Notes: generated by a model from the sequence alone, not told the origin. A DNA stretch of 64,000 nt from Acutalibacteraceae bacterium (GCA_051881315.1 JBJEPQ010000019.1:16570-80569); one strand, 5' to 3'; positions 53,117-63,795 are shown, numbered from the stretch's first letter. Program-made: numbers and translations.

Positions 53117-54232
53117 ATGAACATTAGATTTGTAATACCGTGCTTGTTAGGTCTTGAATCTATCATAGCGAACGAGATGAAAACCCTCGGCGCAGAGGAC
53201 GTTGTTTCCGAAAACGGCAGAGTTCTTTTCAGCGGCGACGAAACGATGCTTGCAAGGGCGAATATCTGCTCAAGATATTCCGAAAGAATACAGATCCTTG
53301 TCGGAGAATTTTACGCAAGGAGCTTCGAGGAGCTTTTTCAGGGCACAAAGTCCCTTGCGTGGGAGGAGTGGATCGGCGCTTACGATGCTTTTCCCGTCAA
53401 GGGTTATTCCCTCAACTCCACTCTTTTCAGCGTCAGCGACTGCCAGTCGATAATCAAAAAGGCTGTTGTCGAGAGACTGAAATCAAAGTACGGAATAAGC
53501 TGGTTTGACGAGACGGGACCTGTCCATCAAATTCAGTTTTCTATAATGAAAGACAAGGTCAGTCTGCTTCTTGACACAACTGGAGCAGGTCTTCACAAGA
53601 GGGGCTACCGTCCGCAGGCTAATGCCGCTCCGATCAAGGAGACCTTGGCGGCGGCACTCTGTGACCTTGCAAGACTCCGCAGTTATCACACCCTTTACGA
53701 TCCGATGTGCGGAAGCGGAACAATACTCATAGAGGGTGCTATGATGGTGCACAACATCGCGCCCGGAGTGAACAGATATTTCTCGGCGGAACGCTGGGAC
53801 GTGATTGATGAAAATGTCTGGACTCAGGAGCGCAACCGTGCGAGGGAGCTTGTAAATTACGACACCGATTTTGTCGCATACGGCTCCGATATAGACGAAG
53901 CTGCTCTTGAAATCGCTCAGATAAATGCAAAGAGGGCAGGAGTTGAAAGAAAGATCAGGTTTGAAAAGGCGGATATCCGCAATTTTGAGCCGAAAAGCGA
54001 AAAGGGCACGGTGATATGCAATCCGCCCTACGGAGAGCGTTTGTTGGATATCGAGGAGGCCCAGAGGCTTTATAAAATTATGGGGGAAAAATTCATCAGA
54101 AAGCACGGTTGGGCGTATTATGTCATAAGTCCGTCCGAAGAATTTGAAAAGGAGTTCGGACGCAAGGCGGACAAACGCCGCAAGCTTTACAACGGTATGA
54201 TAAAGTGTCAGCTGTTTATGTATTTCAAATGA
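53117..54232 (+). CDS. THUMP-domain class I SAM-dependent RNA methyltransferase (RlmL/YpsC-like)
   Basis: N-terminal THUMP-like region (GLESIIANEMKTLG). Methyltransferase motifs DPMCGSGTILIEGA and the catalytic NPPYGERL. Confidence 0.85.
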   Translation: MNIRFVIPCLLGLESIIANEMKTLGAEDVVSENGRVLFSGDETMLARANICSRYSERIQILVGEFYARSFEELFQGTKSLAWEEWIGAYDAFPVKGYSLNSTLFSVSDCQSIIKKAVVERLKSKYGISWFDETGPVHQIQFSIMKDKVSLLLDTTGAGLHKRGYRPQANAAPIKETLAAALCDLARLRSYHTLYDPMCGSGTILIEGAMMVHNIAPGVNRYFSAERWDVIDENVWTQERNRARELVNYDTDFVAYGSDIDEAALEIAQINAKRAGVERKIRFEKADIRNFEPKSEKGTVICNPPYGERLLDIEEAQRLYKIMGEKFIRKHGWAYYVISPSEEFEKEFGRKADKRRKLYNGMIKCQLFMYFK

Positions 54233-54251
54233 TTTACGGAGGTATTTTGAA

Positions 54252-55208
54252 ATGAGACACCTATTTATTATCAATCCGAACGCCGGCAAGGGAAAGGCTT
54301 TTGATACGGTTATGCCGCTTATCAAAAAGGCAGTTGCGGATAGAGAAATAGACTACGAGGTGTATGTCAGCAGTTCCTCACAGGATACGCATGATTACTG
54401 TAAAAGAATGTGCGAGACCGGAGATCAGCTCCGTATTTATGCCTGCGGAGGAGACGGAACGATCTACGATGTTGTCAATGCGATACACGGCTTCGACAAT
54501 GTTGAATTTGCCGCAATTCCTCTCGGTTCGGGCAATGACTTTATCCGTCTTTTCGGAACAAAGGAGGAATTTACGGATATCGGCGCACAGATTGACGGTA
54601 CACCGATCAAGATCGACGCTATAAAGTGCGGCGACAGGATAGCCGTCAACCAATGCTCAATGGGAATGGACGCCGAGGTTTGCTCTAAGCAGTCGGATTT
54701 CAAAAAAATTCCGTGGCTTACGGGTGAGTCGGCTTACACGGCGTCCCTGCTTTACTGCCTATGGTCAAAGAGGACGAACCGTTTTACCGTCACCATCGAC
54801 GACGGAGAACCTATTACAGATGATTTTATCTTTGCTTTTTGCGGTAACAGCCGCTACTACGGCGGAGGTTATCAGGCGGCTCCCTATGCCGTACCCGAGG
54901 ATGGAAAGCTGGATTTCTGTCTTGTTACAACGATGAAGATTCCACGCCTGCTTTCTCAGATCGGTAACTATAAAAAGGGCAGACACTTTAACTGGCCGGA
55001 AACAACTTATGTCAGAGGAAAGAAAATGACCGTACACAGCGATATTCCTGCTTCGGTAAACGTTGACGGCGAATGTGATATGGTTACGGACAGCACCTTT
55101 GAAATTATTCCGTCGGCATTTAAATTTGTGATTCCCGCATCTTCGTCCTACATACAGGACAGAAAATCGGGAAAAATTTCAGATGAGATCGGCGTTCCCG
55201 TAAAATAA
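54252..55208 (+). CDS. diacylglycerol/lipid kinase family protein (YegS/DagK/BmrU type)
   Basis: FIINPNAGKGKA, ACGGDGTIYDVVNA, IPLGSGNDF. Confidence 0.88.
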   Translation: MRHLFIINPNAGKGKAFDTVMPLIKKAVADREIDYEVYVSSSSQDTHDYCKRMCETGDQLRIYACGGDGTIYDVVNAIHGFDNVEFAAIPLGSGNDFIRLFGTKEEFTDIGAQIDGTPIKIDAIKCGDRIAVNQCSMGMDAEVCSKQSDFKKIPWLTGESAYTASLLYCLWSKRTNRFTVTIDDGEPITDDFIFAFCGNSRYYGGGYQAAPYAVPEDGKLDFCLVTTMKIPRLLSQIGNYKKGRHFNWPETTYVRGKKMTVHSDIPASVNVDGECDMVTDSTFEIIPSAFKFVIPASSSYIQDRKSGKISDEIGVPVK

Positions 55209-55250
55209 CTGAACATAATAATAAATATACAGCTTTATTTCGGTGACAAT

Positions 55251-56993
55251 ATGGATATTTTCAATGCATTAACAATGGTCGGCGGTCTGTGCCTCTTCCT
55301 TTTCGGAATGAATATTATGGGACAGGCTCTTGAACGCCGTGCAGGAAACAGCCTCAGAAACACGCTTGAAAAACTGACTTCAAACAAAATTGCCGGATTT
55401 TTGACAGGTCTCGGCGTCACGGCCGTTATTCAAAGCTCGTCCGCAACGACGGTAATGGTTGTCGGATTTGTAAACTCCGGCTTGATGACGCTCAGACAGG
55501 CGATAAACGTCATTATGGGCGCAAACGTCGGCACGACGGTAACAAGCTGGGTGCTTTCGCTCGGCGGAATCAGCAGCGACAATGTTTTTGTAAAGATGCT
55601 CACTCCGACCGCTTTCACACCGGTGCTTGCCCTTGTCGGTATTGTTATGTATCTCTTTGTCAAGGACTCGAAAAAGAAGGACACGGGAGCCGTACTGCTC
55701 GGATTCTCCGTTCTGATGTTCGGAATGGAGACTATGTCGTCTGCGGTTTCCGGTCTTTCCGAAGTGCCCGAATTTCAGAAACTGTTTATAATGTTTAAAA
55801 ATCCGCTTTTAGGACTTCTTGTCGGTATGCTTCTTACGGCGGTCATTCAGTCAAGCTCCGCTTCGGTCGGTATCTTGCAGGCATTGACTGTAACGGGCCA
55901 GGTTTCGATCGGTGCGGCAATACCGATCGTTATGGGTGACGGTATCGGCACCTGCGTCACAGCGATGTTCTCAGGTATCGGCGCAAAGAGAGAAGCCAAG
56001 CGTGCCGCAGTTACCCACCTTTTGATAAATGCAATGGGCTCGATAATCTGGGTTACGGTTTATTGGATCATCAAGGTGATTTTCAAGCCGGCAATCCTTG
56101 ATTCTTCGGCAACCTTTGTCAGCATCGCTATCATCAACACAGGCTTCAAGGTGCTCAATACCGCCCTTTTCCTGCCTCTTTCGGGAGTGCTCGAAAAGCT
56201 TGTCTGCAAGCTCGTACCCGATTCGGATACGGTCGAGGAGGATGTCGAGCTGGACGAGAGACTTCTTTTCACTCCGACTCTTGCTCTCCAGCAATGCCGA
56301 GCCAAGGAGACCGAGATGGCAAAAATTGCACGGGAGGCTCTTTGCAACAGTATAAGCTCAATAACGGACTTTTCTGCGGAGCTTGCCGAAAGTGTCAGAA
56401 AAAAAGAAAACTCCTGTGACCATTATGAGGATATTCTGGCGACTTATCTTGTTAAAATAGGTGCGGAGCATCTTTCGGACAGCGACAGCGAGCAGGCTAC
56501 AATGCTGTTAAAGCTTCTCGGTGACTTTGAACGAATTTCCGACCATGCTGTCAATCTCATTGAATCGGCTGAGGAGCTGAGGGATAAGAAGCTTGTTTTC
56601 TCCGAGGAAGCGGCAAATGAATTTTCGGTTATTTCCTCGGCGGTCAACGAAATTCTTGAGCTTGCGATTGACGCTTTCGTCAACAATGACCGTGAAAAGG
56701 CGAGCTGCGTTGAGCCGCTTGAGCAGGTTATAGACGACATCAAGGAGATATTGAGAACCAACCATGTCAAGCGTATGAGAAACGGCGAGTGCGGAATTGA
56801 AATGGGCTTTATCTGGTCGGATATTCTGACGAATTTTGAGCGTGTTTCCGACCATTGTTCCAACATCGCAGGCTGTGTTATCGACACCGCAGACCACAAC
56901 CTCAATCTCCACGAAACTCTCAGCAATTTCAAGCACAATAACAAGAGCTTCGAGACAAGCTACCGCTATTTTGCGGAGAAATACAAGGTGTAA
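55251..56993 (+). CDS. Na/Pi cotransporter family protein with C-terminal PhoU-like domain
   Basis: GGLCLFLFGMNIMGQALE, VIQSSSATTVMVVGFVNSGLM (duplicated QSSSA motif), and a C-terminal helical repeat with ISDHAVNL / VSDHCSNI. Confidence 0.88.
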   Translation: MDIFNALTMVGGLCLFLFGMNIMGQALERRAGNSLRNTLEKLTSNKIAGFLTGLGVTAVIQSSSATTVMVVGFVNSGLMTLRQAINVIMGANVGTTVTSWVLSLGGISSDNVFVKMLTPTAFTPVLALVGIVMYLFVKDSKKKDTGAVLLGFSVLMFGMETMSSAVSGLSEVPEFQKLFIMFKNPLLGLLVGMLLTAVIQSSSASVGILQALTVTGQVSIGAAIPIVMGDGIGTCVTAMFSGIGAKREAKRAAVTHLLINAMGSIIWVTVYWIIKVIFKPAILDSSATFVSIAIINTGFKVLNTALFLPLSGVLEKLVCKLVPDSDTVEEDVELDERLLFTPTLALQQCRAKETEMAKIAREALCNSISSITDFSAELAESVRKKENSCDHYEDILATYLVKIGAEHLSDSDSEQATMLLKLLGDFERISDHAVNLIESAEELRDKKLVFSEEAANEFSVISSAVNEILELAIDAFVNNDREKASCVEPLEQVIDDIKEILRTNHVKRMRNGECGIEMGFIWSDILTNFERVSDHCSNIAGCVIDTADHNLNLHETLSNFKHNNKSFETSYRYFAEKYKV

Positions 56994-57099
56994 TCAAACA
57001 ACCGCTGAATTATGATTTGATAATTCGGCGGTTGTTGCTGTTAAAATATTGAAAACGTTTTTCGGATATGATATATTAAAAGAAAAAGGGGGATTTTCT

Positions 57100-57969
57100 G
57101 TGAAAGCGATTTTCTGTAAACTTCTTTCGGTTATTATCACTCTTATCTCTATGTTTGCCGTTGAATTAAATCAACCCGTAATTCCAAATCCGACGAAAAA
57201 GGTTGATTTGTCTCAGTTCAGAATGACGTTTGAAGATGAATTTGACGGCGAGCTTGACCGCAGCGTCTGGTCGGGACATTATACATACGGCGACGCTTCA
57301 TCAATCCGGAAAGGCACATACTGGAACAACAATATGGCATATACCGAGGACGGCAACCTGATTATACCGCTGAGATATCTGCCTGACGGTATGGGAGGAA
57401 CGGGAGCAGGCTGGTACACGGCAGGTCTTGACACCGACTCCGACGCACCGAACGGCTTTTCTCAGAAATACGGATATTTCGAGTGCCGATGTATTCTTCC
57501 TAAGGGCGCTGATATCTGGAGCGCATTCTGGATGTTTAATGACAGCGTGGGAAATGTTGACGGAGTGGGCAGGGACGGCACCGAGGTTGATATCTTTGAA
57601 AGCTTCAGCTACGGCGATCTGCTGTCGAATGTTGTTCAGTGCAATCTCCATTGGGACGGCTACGGCGAAGCGCATCAGAGCGGAGGTCATTGCAAGACCT
57701 ACGTCATCGGCAATAATCCTTATGAAGAATTTAACACATACGGTCTTGAATGGAACGAGAATGAATACATCTTCTATGTAAACGGCAAGGAATTTTACCG
57801 AACGAATGATGGCGGTGTGTGCCAAAATCCTCTGTTCCTTATCCTTTCCGTTGAGATGTGGGGAGAAAATGCAGTTCCCTCAGAGCGTGACGAAAATGCC
57901 GCACCTGCGGATTTCATAGTCGATTATGTCAGAGCATATCAGTATATCGACATTATTGACGCTAAATAA
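57100..57969 (+). CDS. glycoside hydrolase family 16 (beta-glucanase/laminarinase-like), N-terminally anchored or secreted
   Basis: Catalytic E-x-D-x-x-E motif in GTEVDIFES, plus GYFECRCILPKGADIWSAFWMF and YGLEWNENEYIFYVNG. Hydrophobic N-terminus. Probable GTG start at 57100 after AAGGGGG. Confidence 0.85.
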   Translation: MKAIFCKLLSVIITLISMFAVELNQPVIPNPTKKVDLSQFRMTFEDEFDGELDRSVWSGHYTYGDASSIRKGTYWNNNMAYTEDGNLIIPLRYLPDGMGGTGAGWYTAGLDTDSDAPNGFSQKYGYFECRCILPKGADIWSAFWMFNDSVGNVDGVGRDGTEVDIFESFSYGDLLSNVVQCNLHWDGYGEAHQSGGHCKTYVIGNNPYEEFNTYGLEWNENEYIFYVNGKEFYRTNDGGVCQNPLFLILSVEMWGENAVPSERDENAAPADFIVDYVRAYQYIDIIDAK

Positions 57970-58021
57970 ACATCGGACTGTAGAACTAAGCGAAGAACAA
58001 AAGAAACTAAACTAAACAGAG

Positions 58022-58057
58022 AGGCTTGTATCGGATTTTTTTAACCGATACAAGCCT
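58022..58057. terminator. bidirectional terminator between the convergent GH16 and fkp-like genes
   Basis: 13-bp perfect stem aggcttgtatcgg / ccgatacaagcct around an A/T-only loop. Confidence 0.7.
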
Positions 58058-58074
58058 TACTTGTTATATTATTA

Positions 58075-61000
58075 TTAAAAAACAAAATCACTTTGCCAGA
58101 CATCAACATCAAAGTCCTGAAAAACATCTTTCAGACGGTTATGGACGTCCATTTTGGTAACTCCCTTTTTGAGAATAACCTGTAAAAATCCGCCGCCGCC
58201 TGCGCCGACGATCATCTTTGCATCGGCAAGATCGTCAATGGTCATAATGATCTGGTCAATAAGGGTGTTTGTACTGCCCTCGTCGATCATCTTTGAAAGT
58301 CCCCAGTGATCGTTAAGCAGTTTTGCAAATTCGTCAACATCGCCTCTCTCAAGCGCAAAACGCATAAGAGCCGCAACCTTCTGAATTTCGCTGTGAGCCT
58401 TCAGGCTTTTCGGCTCGTTGCCGACATATCCGCCGACAACATCACGAAGCAGGTTTCTTGCCAATCGCCGCTGACCTGTATAAATAACCGCAAAGCGTTC
58501 GGAAAGCTCCTTTTTAGTCTGTTCGTCCAATTTAACATGCTCAACATTTATTTGCTGATTGATGCCGGGCGAGGAGGTTATGAACTTAATGCCCGGAGTG
58601 ACGCCGCCGACCTGATCCTGCCAGCCGCCGCCCGTGGACATAATCTGTTCCATTGCGAGCACGGTTGCATAGAGCGCATCGTCATCATATTCAATGCCAG
58701 TGAACTCGAAAACCGCCTTGACTGCCGCCGCCGAGAGGATTGACGAGGTGCCGAGTCCCGAACCCTTGGGCACATTTGTGACCTCGGAGTGCATCTCAAA
58801 TCCGCCGCCGAGACGGTTGAGAATCGCTTCAAGACTGCCGCCCTCTTTCGGAATGATACCGCAGGCAAGCAGACAAGCCTTCTGCAAAGCAAAGGGATCA
58901 AACGGATCGCCCGTATTTTGCAGGGGAGCGATGGTGTCAAATTCGCCGTGTACGTCCATATCACGGCTGTCAAAAATGATCTTGCGATCGGGAATTTTAA
59001 CAAGTCTGACCTCAACGGGAAGCTCTCCGTTGAGGGAGATCGCCGCATTGAGCACCACTCCGCCCCGTTCAAGACAGTGAGGACAGGTATCTGTCCAGCC
59101 GCCGCCCCAGTTCACTCGAAGCGGAAGCTTGACCACCGTTTCGTCGGAGACTATGCGGCAGGAGTCGTTGTAGCGAAGTCCCTTCATAGTTGAATTGAGT
59201 ACCGTGTCGGCTATCGTGCTAAAGCAGTTGCCGACATATTTTTCGTCGTTCAGCGCAACGCCGAGATAGTAGTAAAGCCTGATCGCATAGGAAAAATCGG
59301 ACAGCTTTGAAGTATCGAGCTTTTTAAGCTCCCTTTCAAGCCATTTCGACTGTATGGGAGTCAGAGTGTCGGAATTAAGTATACCTGCACAGTCACAGGC
59401 AGGCTTGCCGTCAAGAATGTAGGTTTTCAGCTCATCCATTCGGACAAGCTCCTCCATACGCTTTGTCCAGTCGATAATCGCCTGCGGATCGGCATCGTTA
59501 AAGCCCGAACACAGAGATTTTCTTGAGGCTTCAAGCCACGAAGCCTTGTCACCCTTGCCGCTGACTATCATATCGTAAAGAGTGAGCGCCGAAGCGACAG
59601 CTTCCTTTATAGTGTCACATTCGGGATAAAGGGCGGCGTTCCAGAGCGTGTGTCCGTCACCGTCGTTCCAGATGTCCTTGTCGGAAATTCCGAGCTGTTT
59701 TACAATTTCATCAAGCTCTCTGCCGAAAAGCAGAGAATTTTTCGGATTGTCGTGAACGTCCATAATTCGACAGACAAATCTTCCGTCGGTCTGTTTCAGA
59801 CCGTGCAGGAGGACGTTGTCGGGGATTTTCTCATCGTGAATGTCGATAAAGCTGATATAGCAATTCCTGCCTATTTTCGCCTCTGAGTGAACGTAGGACA
59901 CCTCTAAGTAGGTTGAATCTCCGACTTCTGCTCCCTCCGAGAGAACGGAATTGTAGCCAGCGATGTCGGGGCAGGGAATACTGCTGTTAATCTGTTTTTT
60001 CCAGCCGAGAGTTTTGTATTCTTCAACGCCGCTGTTCATCAGCTTCATTATTTCGGAAATCGAGCCGAAATGAATGAAACGTGCAGGGGAGAGGTTGAGA
60101 AGCTTCATATTAAACTGACCGATAGCCTCGAAAAGTGCCTTTCTCGCAAGGCTCAACTCGGGACAAAAACTGCCGTCGGGAGCCTGAGTATAAAAATCGT
60201 CCAGAGTGGAGCTTTCCGCAAGGCAGTAGGCGATATCGCCGTAAAGCGAAAGACGGGCCTTGTCGTTGACCATCACATCGTATTTTTCATCGGTATCGAC
60301 CGTGCCGTAGAGCTTATCCAAAACCTTGGGACTGAGCCACAGAACGCCCGTGTCGATACTGCACTTGTTTCTTTCGTCAACCGCACCCTCTGCCGTCAGG
60401 GTTTCAATCGGCTGTTTATGCAGGAATTTTTTAACGTTTCCGCGTTCGCTTTTAATGTAAACACCGTGATTTTTTGCTGTCTCGGCGTCCTCCTTGAAGC
60501 TGATTACAGCGGCGTCGGACGAGCCGAAATCGCACATCAGCGGATTGAAAAGCAGGGTAACGTCGCCTGAAAGAAGAAGCATACCGTTCTTGAGCCTGCC
60601 GGGAACGCTCGCCATTGTCACCATAAACATATCGAAAAGCGTTGCGGGAAAGCCGTCAAAGGCGGTCGGAATGGGGCTGAACAGCTTGCCGAGTGCGCTG
60701 TACTGCGGAGTTCGTGAGCTGTTGCCGCCTGCGTGGATAACCATAATCCTCTTTTCCGAGAAATCGCCGTATTTATTCTTTAATTCACGAATGACCGAAA
60801 GCGTGGAGCCTGCCGAGCCGACACGCTTGTTGTCCCTGTCGGGAACAATGAGAAAATCGGTGAACGAAGGTACTCTGCCGAGGGATCTCCGATATTCGAT
60901 TTGCTTGCGGTATCCGTCAGCCTGTGCCGTGTTGCTTGCCGTAATAACAATACAGTCCCAGTGGGGAAAATTCGGATTGCTGACCGAACGGTCAAAGTCG

Positions 61001-61086
61001 GCTTGAGAATCAAGCAAAGACTGCTGTAAGAACAGCGATATCATAGCGTTGTTTGTCAATTTGTTTGAAAAAACGTTGTCAGACAT
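58075..61086 (-). CDS. fkp: bifunctional L-fucokinase / fucose-1-phosphate guanylyltransferase-like protein (Fkp type)
   Basis: 1003 aa. The N-terminal region (WDCIVITASNTAQADGYRKQIEYR, RVGSAGSTLSVI, IHAGGNSSRTPQYS) resembles the nucleotidyltransferase/fucokinase N-domain of Fkp and eukaryotic FUK. The C-terminal part is a GHMP kinase (VPKGSGLGTSSILSAAAVKA, GAGGGGF). Sugar specificity is inferred, not shown. Confidence 0.75.
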   Translation of the reverse strand: MSDNVFSNKLTNNAMISLFLQQSLLDSQADFDRSVSNPNFPHWDCIVITASNTAQADGYRKQIEYRRSLGRVPSFTDFLIVPDRDNKRVGSAGSTLSVIRELKNKYGDFSEKRIMVIHAGGNSSRTPQYSALGKLFSPIPTAFDGFPATLFDMFMVTMASVPGRLKNGMLLLSGDVTLLFNPLMCDFGSSDAAVISFKEDAETAKNHGVYIKSERGNVKKFLHKQPIETLTAEGAVDERNKCSIDTGVLWLSPKVLDKLYGTVDTDEKYDVMVNDKARLSLYGDIAYCLAESSTLDDFYTQAPDGSFCPELSLARKALFEAIGQFNMKLLNLSPARFIHFGSISEIMKLMNSGVEEYKTLGWKKQINSSIPCPDIAGYNSVLSEGAEVGDSTYLEVSYVHSEAKIGRNCYISFIDIHDEKIPDNVLLHGLKQTDGRFVCRIMDVHDNPKNSLLFGRELDEIVKQLGISDKDIWNDGDGHTLWNAALYPECDTIKEAVASALTLYDMIVSGKGDKASWLEASRKSLCSGFNDADPQAIIDWTKRMEELVRMDELKTYILDGKPACDCAGILNSDTLTPIQSKWLERELKKLDTSKLSDFSYAIRLYYYLGVALNDEKYVGNCFSTIADTVLNSTMKGLRYNDSCRIVSDETVVKLPLRVNWGGGWTDTCPHCLERGGVVLNAAISLNGELPVEVRLVKIPDRKIIFDSRDMDVHGEFDTIAPLQNTGDPFDPFALQKACLLACGIIPKEGGSLEAILNRLGGGFEMHSEVTNVPKGSGLGTSSILSAAAVKAVFEFTGIEYDDDALYATVLAMEQIMSTGGGWQDQVGGVTPGIKFITSSPGINQQINVEHVKLDEQTKKELSERFAVIYTGQRRLARNLLRDVVGGYVGNEPKSLKAHSEIQKVAALMRFALERGDVDEFAKLLNDHWGLSKMIDEGSTNTLIDQIIMTIDDLADAKMIVGAGGGGFLQVILKKGVTKMDVHNRLKDVFQDFDVDVWQSDFVF

Positions 61087-61110
61087 CGGAAAACCTCCTT
61101 TGTGATCTAA

Positions 61111-62628
61111 TCAGCCGATATGAGATTTGAGTTTATTTAGTTTACTTTTGAAGATTGCCTTTTCCGTCTTGTTAGCTCCGAAGCTGAGCATACAAACAGC
61201 GAGTACGCCGCAGAATACAACGCCTCCAACAATCAGCGAAAGATAGTTATTTGAGATGAAATAGGACGCCGCTCCGCCGCATACGCAGGCGATCAGCATA
61301 GCAGGGAGAAGTCCCTTGAAGGACTGACCGAAAAGATATATGACATCAATATGAATACTCTTTTTGTAGTAAATATTCATAAGAATGATCTGTCCGATGG
61401 TGGTGAAGACAGCCGTTGCCGCCGCCGCACCGATCATTCCCCAGTATTTGATCCACCAGATTGTAAGCAGAATGTTTCCGACTGCCGTTATGCCGAGGCA
61501 GATCGAGCGGACGTGTCTCTTGCGCAGAACGTCAAGGACATTGACGATAATTCCGTTCGACATATTGACGAACATCGGCACCATAATGATAATTGCGATC
61601 AGCCACGCTTCAAGGTAATCCTTGCCGTAGACGACCGAGATAAACGGTCTGCCGACAGCAATAAATCCGAACAGGACAAGACCGCCGACGATTACGACAA
61701 GACGGCACGGCTGTACAAGAGTTTTGGTAAGCTCTGCGCCCTCCTTGCCCTCACGCATATTCCTTGCGACCTGCGGCATATACATTGAGATCGGCATGGT
61801 TGTAAGTGCGGAGAAGGTCGAAAAAATATACATTGCGACCGAGTAGACCGAAACCGCCTCGGGCGACATTGCGATACCGATAACGAATTTGTCCACGTTG
61901 TTGTTCGCCATATTGACTATCGTCTGCAAAAACATTGCGAGTGCCAGCGGCAAGATCTGACGGAAAATTCCGTAATTAAAATATCTGAATGTAAAACGTG
62001 CTTTAAGCTTTATTATGCAATAGCAGATAGTGAAGATGAAAATACATATCGTCAGCACCGTGTCGATCGTGACAAGTACGATTGCGCTGTGCTTTACAAT
62101 AAGAAGTGCAATCACAAGAATTGAACGGATTATTAGGTAGGTCAGAGAAACGATTGAGCCGAGGCTGTATTTTTCAAATCCGAGGACAACTCCGTTGAGC
62201 GTCTGAACAAGGAAATTGAAAACAAGCTTCACGGCGGAAATAATGAAAATTATTTTTCCCGTTTCAATCTGTTCGGGAGTCAGAGCTTTTTTGTAGATCG
62301 TGCCGATCAGCATATAAAAAACGAACACACCGATACAGATAATAAAGATGAGAATACAGGTCACGGTCCATACCGTTGAAATATTCTTTTTGATATCCTC
62401 GTTTTCCGTACCGTCCTTTTTGCACAGGGAGATGTTCCTCGTCATTATCGTGCCCGTGCCGAACTCGAACAGGGTGAGATAGGTCAGGAACGAGGTCATA
62501 GTCTGATAAACGCCGTAGTCGGTCTTGCCGAGCATTCTCAGCACGAATGCCGACATAAAGAAACCGATAACGGTGTTCAGTATTGTATAGATGTAGGAAA
62601 TTGCAATTCCTCTGCCTCTGCGATTCAT
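61111..62628 (-). CDS. wzx: oligosaccharide/polysaccharide flippase (Wzx, MOP superfamily)
   Basis: 505 aa with about 12-14 TM segments and a Wzx-like N-terminus (AISYIYTILNTVIGFFMSAFVLRMLGKTDYGVY). Confidence 0.8.
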   Translation of the reverse strand: MNRRGRGIAISYIYTILNTVIGFFMSAFVLRMLGKTDYGVYQTMTSFLTYLTLFEFGTGTIMTRNISLCKKDGTENEDIKKNISTVWTVTCILIFIICIGVFVFYMLIGTIYKKALTPEQIETGKIIFIISAVKLVFNFLVQTLNGVVLGFEKYSLGSIVSLTYLIIRSILVIALLIVKHSAIVLVTIDTVLTICIFIFTICYCIIKLKARFTFRYFNYGIFRQILPLALAMFLQTIVNMANNNVDKFVIGIAMSPEAVSVYSVAMYIFSTFSALTTMPISMYMPQVARNMREGKEGAELTKTLVQPCRLVVIVGGLVLFGFIAVGRPFISVVYGKDYLEAWLIAIIIMVPMFVNMSNGIIVNVLDVLRKRHVRSICLGITAVGNILLTIWWIKYWGMIGAAAATAVFTTIGQIILMNIYYKKSIHIDVIYLFGQSFKGLLPAMLIACVCGGAASYFISNNYLSLIVGGVVFCGVLAVCMLSFGANKTEKAIFKSKLNKLKSHIG

Positions 62629-63791
62629 TATTTGTCTCCGATCTTGCGCTTAATTCTCCGATATTTTCCGACTGCCCTTGTGAAAAGCGTCTGACGGTCA
62701 GCCGCCGTTCTCAGAAGAGCCGCCGCAGGTGATTTGCCGAAATTGTCAAAGAAATAATCTCGGTTGAAATTGTAGTCGGTCTGTATATACATGGATTGGT
62801 TTTCACGAAGTGCGTCGTTTTTTTCTATTTCTAACGTTTCTGTATCAGTTAAGCTGTCAAAAAATTCTGCACCCTTTTCGCTGTTGATGAACGTGAGAGT
62901 TATGCCCGTATTGTCGTTCATTTCGGGAGCCGATTTTTCGCATCCCCAGAAATCCGCCATTGTGAAATCGGATATTCTTTCCAACCTGCGAAACGGACAA
63001 CTGTAACAGCTTTTTCTGATCGTCACACTGCGGACGAACGCCCTCATATACGGATTTTCAGTCACTATAACGGTGAAATCCCTGCCGTTTTCAAACCGGG
63101 CGGAAAAGGAATATTTTTTCCATCCGCTGACCTTGTTTCGGAAATTTACCGAGCTGACAGGACTGCCGTTTTCTTTTTCCAACTCAGCGAGATAACTGCG
63201 CCAGACCTCGGGGGAGGGAACTCCGTGACAGATCATATCCGCAGTCAGGAGATTTTCGTAATCTTTTCTGAGGAAGCTTTTGAGTCCCTCGACCTGACAG
63301 GGTGTGCCCGAAAAAAGAACCAAGCGGCCGTCTTTCAGCTTGCTTTTTATTTCACGGAAAAGCTCCCGGTCGTTTTCGCACTGAATGTATTTTGAGCCGC
63401 GCAGAAGCCTAAGCTCCTCGGCGGTTTCAATTCCGATGTGGCGCACCTTTTTAAAGTCGGGAGAAAAAGCCGCACCGTAAACTATGCCGCCGCTTTCAAT
63501 AACCTTTGAGGCGAGCATGGTGAAAAAGCCGCCCGATGAGCTGTTAAGTCGAATTTGTTCGTCCTTTGTCCTTACGGCAACAATTCTCTTTGCCTGCGAA
63601 CGCTGACCTGAATTGTTTGTGACGGGGCAGACGTTGGCGCACATTCCGCAATTAACGCAAAGCCCGGTATTGATTTCGGGATAGCGGAAGCCCTCCGAAT
63701 CGGGTTTCATATCAACGGCGTTATGAGGACAGATTGCCGAACAGGCGGCACAACCCGTACAGTTTTTCGGTACTTTTATCACACTGCTCAT
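62628..63791 (-). CDS. Fe-S protein: 2x[4Fe-4S] ferredoxin domain fused to a coenzyme F420 hydrogenase/dehydrogenase beta-subunit-like (FrhB-like) domain
   Basis: CTGCAACSAICPHNAV and CVNCGMCANVCPV cluster motifs, then a FrhB-like body (GGIVYGAAF, SKYIQC, FSGTPCQV). ATG at 63791. The stop overlaps the wzx start (TAATG). Confidence 0.75.
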   Translation of the reverse strand: MSSVIKVPKNCTGCAACSAICPHNAVDMKPDSEGFRYPEINTGLCVNCGMCANVCPVTNNSGQRSQAKRIVAVRTKDEQIRLNSSSGGFFTMLASKVIESGGIVYGAAFSPDFKKVRHIGIETAEELRLLRGSKYIQCENDRELFREIKSKLKDGRLVLFSGTPCQVEGLKSFLRKDYENLLTADMICHGVPSPEVWRSYLAELEKENGSPVSSVNFRNKVSGWKKYSFSARFENGRDFTVIVTENPYMRAFVRSVTIRKSCYSCPFRRLERISDFTMADFWGCEKSAPEMNDNTGITLTFINSEKGAEFFDSLTDTETLEIEKNDALRENQSMYIQTDYNFNRDYFFDNFGKSPAAALLRTAADRQTLFTRAVGKYRRIKRKIGDK

Positions 63792-63795
63792 CTTT

